Positions 1-8,409 of a stretch of DNA of 64,000 nt are shown here, piece after piece; the stretch's first letter is position 1, and each line of letters opens with the position of its first letter. The stretch comes from Bacteroidota bacterium (GTDB taxonomy: Bacteria > Bacteroidota > Bacteroidia > Chitinophagales > Chitinophagaceae), in the NCBI GenBank assembly GCA_016868815.1, contig VGFQ01000013.1, positions 3,746 through 67,745 on the forward strand, given 5' to 3'. Made by a program: the position numbers and the translations under genes. The notes beneath the pieces are model-generated. The model was not told the DNA's origin. It worked only from the letters and a program-made list of their open reading frames with translations, and did no database searches.

Positions 1-1
1 G

Positions 2-1345
2 AAGTTCCGCGAGACCTTTGGCGTGGAAGCCCCCATGCTGCTGCAAGACGAGGATTGTCTCGACACCTGGTTCTCGTCGTGGCTATGGCCTTTCGAAGTC
101 TTCCATGGGCTGTCAAAGCCCGGCAACACAGAGGTATCCTACTACTATCCTACCCATACGTTGGTCACAGCCCCAGAGATCATCTTTTTCTGGGTGGCCC
201 GTATGATCATGGCGGGATTCGAATACAAAGGGACCATCCCCTTTCGGGATGTTTACTTTACCGGCATCGTGCGCGACCGCCAGGGCCGGAAGATGAGCAA
301 GCAACTCGGCAATTCCCCAGACCTGCTCGCGATGATCGATCAAATAGGCGCCGACGCCGTCCGCTTCGGCATTCTCATCTCCTCCCCAGCCGGCAACGAC
401 CTGCTGTGGGATCCCGCCACCAACGAACAGGGCCGACATTTCACGCACAAGATCTGGAATGCGCTTAAGCTGGTGCGTATTTGGATGGATAATTCGGACC
501 AAGAGGCTAGCCTAGCGCCTCGGACCGATTGGCCACACCGCTGGTTCCGTGCCAGACTCGACGAAGCCGCTGCCGAGATCAACCGACTGATGGGGCAGTA
601 CCGCCTCAGCGAAGCATTGAAATCCCTATACTCCCTGATATGGGACGACTTCTGCAGCTGGTACCTGGAATGGGTAAAGCCCCTGCCAGGCCATTGCCTG
701 CATGAAGAAGACCTAGAAGCCACGACCTCCTATTTCGAAGAGCTGATGCAGCTGTTGCACCCCTTCCTGCCCTTCATCACAGAAGAGGCCTGGCATCTGC
801 TGCGGGAACGAAAGCCTGGCGACGACATCTGCGTCAGCCGCCTTCGGACCCTCGAGAAGGGTTCCCTCTCAGAGGCAACATCCCTGCTGCTTGCGCATGG
901 CATCCAGCTGAAAGAGGCCATCACCGCCATCCGAGATGCGCGCAACAAAGCCAAGCTGAAGTCGAAAGACATCATTGTGCTCACCTGCCTGACGGACGAC
1001 CACGAAGCCTATGCCGACATCCTGCAAATCCTCTGCCGGCAGGTCAATGCCAGCAGCCTACAGTTCTCTGACATGCCCGCCGAAGGAAGCATCCCTGTCG
1101 TGCTGGGGAAGGATCGCATCTTCCTGCAGGCAGAAGGAGCGATGGATGATGGAAGCCAGGCAGAGGAGATGCGCAAGGAGTTGGCATACCTCAAAGGATT
1201 CCTCGAGTCGGTCGAGAAAAAGCTCAGCAACGAGCGATTTCTGCAGCATGCCAAGCCTGAAGTGGTGGACATAGAACGAAAAAAACGCGCCGATGCCATA
1301 GACAAGATCCGCACGCTGGAGCAAAGCCTGACCGGAAGGGGATGA
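2..1345 (+). CDS. valS: Valine--tRNA ligase, C-terminal part (5' end lies outside the window)
   Basis: LDTWFSSWLWPF, TAPEIIFFWVARMI and KMSKQLGN (KMSKS-type) motifs, anticodon-binding domain and C-terminal coiled-coil arm. The frame is open from position 2. Confidence 0.97.
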   Translation, partial: KFRETFGVEAPMLLQDEDCLDTWFSSWLWPFEVFHGLSKPGNTEVSYYYPTHTLVTAPEIIFFWVARMIMAGFEYKGTIPFRDVYFTGIVRDRQGRKMSKQLGNSPDLLAMIDQIGADAVRFGILISSPAGNDLLWDPATNEQGRHFTHKIWNALKLVRIWMDNSDQEASLAPRTDWPHRWFRARLDEAAAEINRLMGQYRLSEALKSLYSLIWDDFCSWYLEWVKPLPGHCLHEEDLEATTSYFEELMQLLHPFLPFITEEAWHLLRERKPGDDICVSRLRTLEKGSLSEATSLLLAHGIQLKEAITAIRDARNKAKLKSKDIIVLTCLTDDHEAYADILQILCRQVNASSLQFSDMPAEGSIPVVLGKDRIFLQAEGAMDDGSQAEEMRKELAYLKGFLESVEKKLSNERFLQHAKPEVVDIERKKRADAIDKIRTLEQSLTGRG

Positions 1346-1383
1346 CCCTCCATACGCTATGAGCAGACAAAGAATCCTATGCC

Positions 1384-2745
1384 ATGGACATCCGCAACAA
1401 CATCCTCGAGACAATCGGCGATACGCCCCTAGTACGTCTCCACCGCATCGTTCGTGACTGGCCCTGTGAGGTCCTGGCAAAAGTCGACTATTTCAACCCC
1501 GGCAACTCCATCAAAGACCGTATGGCCTTGAAGATGGTAGAAGTGGCAGAGCGTGAAGGAAAACTCAAGCCCGGAGGCACCATCATCGAATGCACCTCCG
1601 GAAATACCGGCATGGGGCTGGCACTGGCAGCGATTGTTAAAGGATATAAGTGCATTTTCACGACCACCGACAAGCAGTCGAAAGAGAAGGTCGACATCCT
1701 CAAGGCCGTCGGGGCAGAAGTCATCGTGTGCCCGACGAATGTGGAACCGGAAGATCCCCAGAGCTATTACTCCGTTGCCCGGCGCCTGGCAAGGGAGATC
1801 CCCAACGCCTTCCACTGCAACCAGTACGACAACCTGGCCAACCGACTTGCTCACTATGAAACGACAGGCCCTGAGATCTGGCGCCAGACAGAGGGGACGG
1901 TCACCCACCTGGTTTGTACAGCCGGGACAGGTGGCACCATCACCGGCATCGCGCAGTATCTAAAAGAACAGAACCCTGCCATCCAGGTATGGGCAATCGA
2001 TGTCTTTGGATCTCTACTCACGAAATACTTCCGTACCGGCGAGGTCGATCCCAACGAAGTGCATCCCTACATCTCAGAAGGCTTTGGAGAAGACTTCGTA
2101 CCCGAGAATTATGACATGTCTGTCATCGACCACTTCGAGCAGGTGACCGACAAAGACGGGGCCGTGATGGCCAGAAGGCTGGCAAGGGAAGAAGGACTTT
2201 TCTGCGGCTACAGCGCCGGCAGCTGCCTGCAAGGGCTTGCACAGCTTAAGTCGAGACTTCGCGCCGGAGACAGGGTGGTATGCATCCTGCACGACCATGG
2301 CAGCCGCTACATTGCAAAAATCTACAACGACCAATGGATGATGGAAAGGGGCTTCTTGGAGGTGAAGACTTTCCGCGACATCGTCCAGGGCCGCGGCAAC
2401 CATCAAAAGCTCATCACCTTGCACCCCAGCGAAACGGTAGCGACGGCTGTCGAGCGCATGAAGAAATTCGACATCGAACACATCCCCATCTTTCAGGATA
2501 GGGAGCCCATCGCAGCGGTCAGCGAGGCAGGACTCTTCCAGAAAGTGTTTTCCAACCCCGATATCCGCAATGCCAGGCTCGCAGAAGTCTTGGAGCCGCC
2601 CTACCCAGTGGTCGACTTCCTGACCCCTGTCGAGCGACTCAGCACCCTCATCCATAAAGAAAACGGGGCCGCACTCAGCAGAGACGAGGCCGGCAGCTAT
2701 CAGATCGTCACCAAATACGACATCCTGCAGGCATTGGCCCGCTGA
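1384..2745 (+). CDS. cbs: Cystathionine beta-synthase / cysteine synthase family PLP enzyme with C-terminal CBS domains
   Basis: NPGNSIKDR PLP-lysine motif, TSGNTG, AGTGGT phosphate loop and a C-terminal CBS pair. Confidence 0.9.
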   Translation: MDIRNNILETIGDTPLVRLHRIVRDWPCEVLAKVDYFNPGNSIKDRMALKMVEVAEREGKLKPGGTIIECTSGNTGMGLALAAIVKGYKCIFTTTDKQSKEKVDILKAVGAEVIVCPTNVEPEDPQSYYSVARRLAREIPNAFHCNQYDNLANRLAHYETTGPEIWRQTEGTVTHLVCTAGTGGTITGIAQYLKEQNPAIQVWAIDVFGSLLTKYFRTGEVDPNEVHPYISEGFGEDFVPENYDMSVIDHFEQVTDKDGAVMARRLAREEGLFCGYSAGSCLQGLAQLKSRLRAGDRVVCILHDHGSRYIAKIYNDQWMMERGFLEVKTFRDIVQGRGNHQKLITLHPSETVATAVERMKKFDIEHIPIFQDREPIAAVSEAGLFQKVFSNPDIRNARLAEVLEPPYPVVDFLTPVERLSTLIHKENGAALSRDEAGSYQIVTKYDILQALAR

Positions 2746-2921
2746 GCCCAGCCTGGCGGTAAGCGGCTCATCTTCAGCCGACAACAGGGAGTAGATCCCG
2801 TGGCAGGCATTCCCGATACGTAATTGTACGTATGCGCGTCCAGGGCTGACATCGTATTTCCCCCAAGGAGGAGATCGCAATAATACTCCTCATAAAACCA
2901 TAGAAATCAAGTATTTCTGCT

Positions 2922-2953
2922 CTTGTTCACGAAGATGCAACCGTCTATTTTTG
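2922..2953 (+). promoter_or_regulatory. Bacteroidota housekeeping sigma promoter driving the intergenic RNA
   Basis: TATTTTTG at 2946-2953 matches the TAnnTTTG -7 box. CTTG at 2922-2925 approximates the TTTG -33 box at canonical spacing. Predicted +1 is near 2958. Confidence 0.65.
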
Positions 2954-2957
2954 TGTC

Positions 2958-3444
2958 AGAAGTTGATCGAAAGGGACGGAGGCAGAAACCCAACAATCCT
3001 AAGAAAGACCAACCATCCGAAAAGAGATTCCAATTCCTATGAACGCGGTTTCCGCACCCACGGTCAACTTCTCATTCACATCCAAGATCTTAGAAAACCT
3101 GTCGACAGATCCCATCCTTGAAAACTGATCCATCCCTCTGAGAAACCAAGCGATCCAATCATCCAAAACCCATTCAATCCCCTCCTGTGAAAACCGAGTA
3201 AGCCTGGTGCTTACGACATCCGTACCCTAGTGAAACCTGGCAACTTTTTTGCCGTCACGATCCAATCCTACCAAAAACCAGTTCAGTCAAAGTAAACCAT
3301 TGACCCTGACAACTGAAAAACCGCCAGCAAGGTTCTCAAACCATCCGTTGTGGCACCTCTGGCCCTCGCATCCATATCCTGGATCGCAGCAGGTTGTTGA
3401 CTGAACAAAAGCATTCCCGGAGCGCGTCTCCGGGAATTTTTTTT
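2958..3444 (+). ncRNA. Candidate ~490-nt structured, repeat-rich non-coding RNA (unknown family)
   Basis: No ORF of 60 aa or more. It is flanked by a promoter and an intrinsic terminator. Long-range helices pair 2958-2969 with 3061-3072 and 3281-3290 with 3397-3406. By hand count there are 10 AAACC and 16 ATCC motifs, plus several small hairpins. Confidence 0.65.
3413..3444 (+). terminator. Rho-independent terminator
   Basis: Perfect 10-bp stem ATTCCCGGAG-cgcgt-CTCCGGGAAT followed by T7. Confidence 0.9.
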
Positions 3445-3611
3445 GCATGAACCGAGAAGCCCTAAGACTTCCGGATGCGCATGACCTCGTAGCAGTATGA
3501 GGTCAGGTCGTCCATGCGGGTCCCACCTTTTTCCTTATTTTCGTTCTTTGTTCCGGAAGGGCTGCCTGTCCACCTCCCGCAAGGTGGCTGAGCCATCTAA
3601 AAACGACTTCG

Positions 3612-4526
3612 ATGCCAATGGAATTTCCACAGGAGTTTGAAGCCGGCCTGCCAGGCAGCAATGCGAAGGGTGACAGCTCAGGCAGCTGGTTTCGGAGGAT
3701 CAAAAAAGGCATCAGCACTTCTACGGCCGATAAAAAAGAGGCACCGGACGGTCTATGGACGCGTTGCCCCCAGTGCAAATACACCTGTACCACGCTGGAG
3801 TTAAAGGAGCACCTCTATGTCTGTCCTTCCTGCCAGTACCATCACCGCATCGGAAGCCAGGAGTATTTCGACCTTCTATATGATGAGAAATCCTGGAAGG
3901 AGCTCTTCGACAATGTCTTCTCGATAGATTACTTGGACTTCAGCGACCTGAAGCCATACCGGAAGCGGCTGGAAGATGCTTATTTCAAAACCGGCTTGCA
4001 TGATTCCATCTCCGTTGCAGAGGGAGTTGTCAAAGGCCATGCGCTGGTGACCTGCTGTATGGACTTCAACTTCATCGGTGGTTCCCTGGGCAGCGTGATG
4101 GGTGAGAAGATCACAAGGGCAGCCGACCACTGCCGGGCGCACAAGATCCCATTGCTGATCATCAGCAAGAGCGGTGGTGCCCGCATGATGGAAAGTGCTT
4201 TCTCGCTGATGCAGTTGCCCAAGACCCTTGGCAAGCTAGCCTTACTTGCCGAGGAAGGCGTACCCTATATTTCCCTATGCACAGACCCGACCTATGGGGG
4301 AACGACTGCCTCTTTTGCCATGATGGGCGATGTCAACCTAGGAGAGCCTGGTGCGCTTATAGGGTTTGCAGGCCCTCGTGTCATCCGCGAAACAATCAAG
4401 AAAGACCTGCCGGAAGGCTTCCAAAGTTCAGAGTTCGTTCTGGAGCATGGCTTCCTCGACAGGATCGTGCCCCGGAAAGAGATTCGCGACACCCTGGCGA
4501 CCTTAATGCTGCATTTCCGAAACTGA
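3612..4526 (+). CDS. accD: Acetyl-CoA carboxylase carboxyltransferase subunit beta
   Basis: LWTRCPQC...CPSC zinc finger, GGSLGSVMGEKI, SGGARMMES, DPTYGGTTASF and IGFAGPRVI. The start could instead be ATG 3618. Confidence 0.96.
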   Translation: MPMEFPQEFEAGLPGSNAKGDSSGSWFRRIKKGISTSTADKKEAPDGLWTRCPQCKYTCTTLELKEHLYVCPSCQYHHRIGSQEYFDLLYDEKSWKELFDNVFSIDYLDFSDLKPYRKRLEDAYFKTGLHDSISVAEGVVKGHALVTCCMDFNFIGGSLGSVMGEKITRAADHCRAHKIPLLIISKSGGARMMESAFSLMQLPKTLGKLALLAEEGVPYISLCTDPTYGGTTASFAMMGDVNLGEPGALIGFAGPRVIRETIKKDLPEGFQSSEFVLEHGFLDRIVPRKEIRDTLATLMLHFRN

Positions 4527-4560
4527 CCTCCCGGGCACCATCCACCGGATAATCTTTCGC

Positions 4561-5001
4561 ATGGACATCAACAACCGGTCCGCCAATTACGCGTACGCAA
4601 TAGAAGACACCTATGACGCAGGCATTATGCTGACCGGCACGGAAGTCAAAGCCCTCCGGGAGGGGAAGGCTAGCTTCAACGATGCCTTCTGCATCGTCGA
4701 CCATCGGGGAGAAGTTTGGCTGAAGAACCTGCACATCGCCGAGTATTCCTTCGGCAGCTATGCCAACCACCCCCCACTCCGCGACCGAAAGCTGCTGCTG
4801 AAGGGTCGTGAGATCCGCAAGATCGGCACCCGGCTGAAAGACAAGGGCTATACGCTGATACCCTTACGCATATGGTTCAACGAGCGTGGGTATGCGAAGG
4901 TCCGCATCGGGCTCGGTAGGGGTAAGAAACTGCATGACAAGCGGACCAGTATTCGGGAGCGGGAGGCCAAGGTCGAGATGCAGCGGCATCTGAAGCGGTG
5001 A
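4561..5001 (+). CDS. smpB: SsrA-binding protein
   Basis: AGIMLTGTEVKALR, RDRKLLL and GRGKKLHDKR motifs. Confidence 0.97.
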   Translation: MDINNRSANYAYAIEDTYDAGIMLTGTEVKALREGKASFNDAFCIVDHRGEVWLKNLHIAEYSFGSYANHPPLRDRKLLLKGREIRKIGTRLKDKGYTLIPLRIWFNERGYAKVRIGLGRGKKLHDKRTSIREREAKVEMQRHLKR

Positions 5002-5010
5002 CGTAGCGGA

Positions 5011-7524
5011 TCAGAAAAGCTCTTGCTGGGAAGTGTCAGACTTATGCACCCATTCGAAGGTGGTGCTCTTGGAGAAGTCTGCCAGCTTACTGCCAACCGC
5101 CTTCCAGCCCATCACTTCGATGAAGTCGTGCAGCCGGACTTTCGATATCCGTGCCTGCGTACCCCGGCCCGACTTGATCACTACGACCGGCTTTTCCATG
5201 GTAGTCACAGCCTCCAGGCGGTTGCCTTCGGCCTCACGGATGAACTGGAAACGGTTGTTGACCGTCAGGGTCTCGATGCGAAAGCGTTTGACGTTGAACT
5301 GCTGCTTCTCCTCGTCGAGGTAGATGGCGGTGACGGTCTTTTCGAGGTCAAACTTCTGGAGCTCCACAATGAGATCTGCATCGAAACGCTGGGTGAGCTC
5401 CGTCTCGCGGATCTCATAGCTTCCATCGTGAAAGAAGGCAATGAGTTTTTCATCCGGCTCAAAGGCTCCGAGGTATTGCCCTCTCTCCTCTTCATTAAGG
5501 CGGCCGAGCTGGTCGTCGAACCAGATGCGCCGAGCCCCGAGCGTCGAGCGGCCTGCTTCTTTGAATTTAATATTGCGGATGGGATACTTGGTGACCTGAT
5601 TGCCTACGGCGGTGCGCGCTTTGATGTCCAATTCTTCAAAGTAAAAGTCGAACGACTTATTGCGTGCGGAGCAGTTCGGACTCAGCAGGACACTCACCAC
5701 TTCTGCCTCCCCGTTGGGGTTCACGCTGAGCCAGTTGACCTTGCTGCGATCAGCCCCCTTGGTGAGGTCATACTCTTTGTCGCGCGTGATGGCAGTGACA
5801 TTGAAGCGCTTTGCAAAAGAGATGCCGGTACCAGCATCGGTGTAGACCATATTATAGGTCATGCGTTCGTCGGACTTGTTGAATACAGCGACGTGTATGA
5901 TGTCTTTACCTACGTATACTTTATCTCCAGCCTTTACAACCTTCAGGATGCCCCGGCGCGTAAAGACAATGATATCGTCGATGTCTGAGCATTCGCAGAC
6001 GAATTCATCCTTCTTGAGGCCAAGTCCTACGAAGCCTTCCGCTCTGTTGATGTACAGCCGGGCGTTGGCGATGGCGACCTGCCGTGCTTGGATGGTGTCG
6101 AAAGGGCGCATCTCCGTGCGTCGCTGGCGGTCGCGGCCATAGCGCTCTTTGAGGCCTTCAAAAAACGATACGGCGTAGTCTACGAGATTCTTCAAATGAT
6201 TGCGGGTCTCGCGTATATCTTTTTCGATGTCTTTGATCTGTCGGATGAGCTCATCGATGTCGAGGCGGTAGATGCGGCGGACGGGCTTGTCGGTGAGTTT
6301 GAGCACATCTTCGCGGCTCACATCCCTACGCAACTGGGGGCGATGGACCTGAAAGGCTTTGCTGATGGCCTCGAGCACCTTCTCCCAGGTCTCATGCTTT
6401 TTCTCCAGTTCCTTATATATCTTTTCTTCGAAGAAGATCTTCTCCAGAGAGGTATAATGCCATTTGTCTTCCAATTCTTCCAGCTGTATCTCGAGTTCAC
6501 GGCGGAGAAGCTCGCAGGTGCTGTCGGTAGAGATGCGCAGGAGCTCTGATACGCCCAAGAAGACGGGCTTATCTTCATGGATCACGCAGTTGTTGGGTGC
6601 GATGCTGACTTCACAGTCGGTGAAAGCGTATAGCGCATCGATGGTAATATCCGGGGTGATACCAGGTGCCAGTTCGATGTGGATCTCGACGTCGGCAGCC
6701 GTATTGTCTGTGACTTTTTTGATCTTGATTTTCCCTTGGTCGTTGGCCTTGACGATGGAGTCCATCAACTGTGTAGTTGTCACGCCATAGGGCACATCGC
6801 GGATGACGATGTTCTTCTTGTCGATCTCTTCGATGTGGGCCCGGCAGCGGATGCGGCCTCCGCGACGTCCGTCGTTGTACTGACCGGCGTCGATCATACC
6901 GCCGGTGGGGAAGTCGGGATAGAGTTCAAACTTCTTTCCTCGGAGATGTTTGATGGAGGCGTCTATGAGTTCATTGAAGTTATGAGGGAGTATCTTAGTG
7001 GAGAGGCCTACGGCGATGCCGTCCGTCCCCTGGGCGAGGACGAGCGGGAACTTCATCGGCAGGTTGACGGGCTCTTTCTTGCGTCCGTCGTAGCTGAGCT
7101 GCCATTCGGTGGTCTTGGGATTGAAGGCCACCTCCTGAGCAAAGCGGCTTAGGCGGGCTTCGACGTAGCGGGGGGCTGCCGCGTCGTCTCCGGTGCGGAT
7201 ATCCCCCCAGTTGCCCTGGGTATCTATGAGCAACTCCTTCTGGCCGAGGTTGACCAGTGCGTCCTGGATGCTGGCATCGCCATGGGGATGGTACTGCATC
7301 GTCTGTCCGATGATGTTGGCGGCTTTGTTGAGACGGCCGTCGTCCATTTCTTTCATGGCATGCAGGATGCGGCGTTGGACGGGCTTTAGACCATCGTCGA
7401 TGGCCGGTACGGCCCTTTCGAGGATGACGTATGAGGCGTATTCCAGGAACCAGTTCCTGTATTGTCCATGCACACCGGTATCGATGGCAGTGACTTCTGA
7501 GAGCTTTTGTTTTGCGTTCGCCAT
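5011..7524 (-). CDS. parC: DNA topoisomerase IV subunit A (Bacteroidota type)
   Basis: DGLKPVQRRILHAM, YHPHGD and AAPRYVEARL (catalytic Tyr). Lies in an operon with a parE-type B subunit. Confidence 0.92.
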   Translation of the reverse strand: MANAKQKLSEVTAIDTGVHGQYRNWFLEYASYVILERAVPAIDDGLKPVQRRILHAMKEMDDGRLNKAANIIGQTMQYHPHGDASIQDALVNLGQKELLIDTQGNWGDIRTGDDAAAPRYVEARLSRFAQEVAFNPKTTEWQLSYDGRKKEPVNLPMKFPLVLAQGTDGIAVGLSTKILPHNFNELIDASIKHLRGKKFELYPDFPTGGMIDAGQYNDGRRGGRIRCRAHIEEIDKKNIVIRDVPYGVTTTQLMDSIVKANDQGKIKIKKVTDNTAADVEIHIELAPGITPDITIDALYAFTDCEVSIAPNNCVIHEDKPVFLGVSELLRISTDSTCELLRRELEIQLEELEDKWHYTSLEKIFFEEKIYKELEKKHETWEKVLEAISKAFQVHRPQLRRDVSREDVLKLTDKPVRRIYRLDIDELIRQIKDIEKDIRETRNHLKNLVDYAVSFFEGLKERYGRDRQRRTEMRPFDTIQARQVAIANARLYINRAEGFVGLGLKKDEFVCECSDIDDIIVFTRRGILKVVKAGDKVYVGKDIIHVAVFNKSDERMTYNMVYTDAGTGISFAKRFNVTAITRDKEYDLTKGADRSKVNWLSVNPNGEAEVVSVLLSPNCSARNKSFDFYFEELDIKARTAVGNQVTKYPIRNIKFKEAGRSTLGARRIWFDDQLGRLNEEERGQYLGAFEPDEKLIAFFHDGSYEIRETELTQRFDADLIVELQKFDLEKTVTAIYLDEEKQQFNVKRFRIETLTVNNRFQFIREAEGNRLEAVTTMEKPVVVIKSGRGTQARISKVRLHDFIEVMGWKAVGSKLADFSKSTTFEWVHKSDTSQQELF

Positions 7525-7545
7525 GTGTCGCGTGTGATGGGTGCG

Positions 7546-8382
7546 CTATGGCTGCTGTGAGGCCTGGTTTTCGGAGGATGGCAGTCTGACTTCAAAGTCG
7601 CGCATGTGCCCGAGCTTCCCTTTGGCTTCCAGCCTTCCGTCCTGTATCATAGCTTTGATACGCCAGAGGAGATAGGCGTCGCCGGTCGTCTCTGTTCCTT
7701 TGATAAGGAACTGTGAGATCACGCGTGATGTCTTCTGCCAATCGGAGGTGGCATGGCGGCGCAGGTCGACATCATAAAAATCCAGCCCTTTTGTCGCCAG
7801 CTTCTTCCCGCCTTCCAGCAGCCGTACGCCTGCCGGTTCGGTGCAGTACCGTTTCCAGTCTTCAGCATCGGTATCGAACTCCCCGCTCGTGATGGGCCTT
7901 GCCAGCTTGCGTGCCTTGAGGTATTCGCGTGGGGGGATCTCGCTCATCCATTTGGGGTAGAAGACGCCTCCTCGCGTATTGAGGAAGGGAAGGTTGTTGA
8001 GATAGAGAATATGTACGCGGCCCTGGAATGCTTCGAGTTGCGACATAAGCCAGTAGTAGCCACATACGTCGTGCTTATTCTGGGCAGCCCAAATCCAGAC
8101 GGTTTCCGTTTCTTCCCCTGCCAGCTTTTCCTGAAGCCGTGCTACGACGGAGGCGTCGTCGACCTCTTCGCTGTCGGCCTTGTCTTCGTAGTCGCCGCCG
8201 GCCAGCACCTCACGCCACCAGTGGCGGCGTTGCTCGATGCCCTCAGAAGTATAAATATCCGCCAGGGGGCCCACGGCGTAGTCGTCACGAACCAGCAGGA
8301 TGTCGCCTGCCAGCTCCCATTCCATCTCTTGCGCCTTCTGCAGCACTTCCACGTCTGCTGCGTTGAAAACAATGTGCGTCAT
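7546..8382 (-). CDS. DUF1835-domain protein of unknown function
   Basis: N-terminal HIVF...DDYAVGPL pattern, VWIWAAQNKHDVCGY and C-terminal GDAYLLWRI, all typical of DUF1835/DUF3658 proteins. Confidence 0.75.
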   Translation of the reverse strand: MTHIVFNAADVEVLQKAQEMEWELAGDILLVRDDYAVGPLADIYTSEGIEQRRHWWREVLAGGDYEDKADSEEVDDASVVARLQEKLAGEETETVWIWAAQNKHDVCGYYWLMSQLEAFQGRVHILYLNNLPFLNTRGGVFYPKWMSEIPPREYLKARKLARPITSGEFDTDAEDWKRYCTEPAGVRLLEGGKKLATKGLDFYDVDLRRHATSDWQKTSRVISQFLIKGTETTGDAYLLWRIKAMIQDGRLEAKGKLGHMRDFEVRLPSSENQASQQP

Positions 8383-8409
8383 CCTTATCTCTATTCTGTG
8401 TAGCCATCT

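Noticed and set aside
3039-3128. 29-codon ORF (MNAVSAPTVNFSFTSKILENLSTDPILEN) inside the candidate ncRNA
   Set aside because: No recognisable motif. It covers under 20% of the transcript, lies inside the predicted 5' helix, and does not explain the repeats. A dual-function RNA cannot be excluded without ribosome profiling.
2958-3444. Reading the repeat region as a CRISPR array, tmRNA, RNase P RNA or a minus-strand GGA-rich CsrB
   Set aside because: The repeats are only 4-7 nt and irregularly spaced, with no cas genes nearby. There are no tRNA-like ends or tag ORF despite smpB being close, and no RNase P conserved helices. Promoter and terminator orientation favour the plus strand, which reads AUCC rather than GGA.
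5023-5988. Long antisense ORFs such as 5023-5988, 13612-14661, 20812-21909, 22015-22881, 24834-25757 and 27285-28166
   Set aside because: They are shadows of real genes on the opposite strand or in an alternative frame, expected in GC-rich DNA, and carry no motifs.
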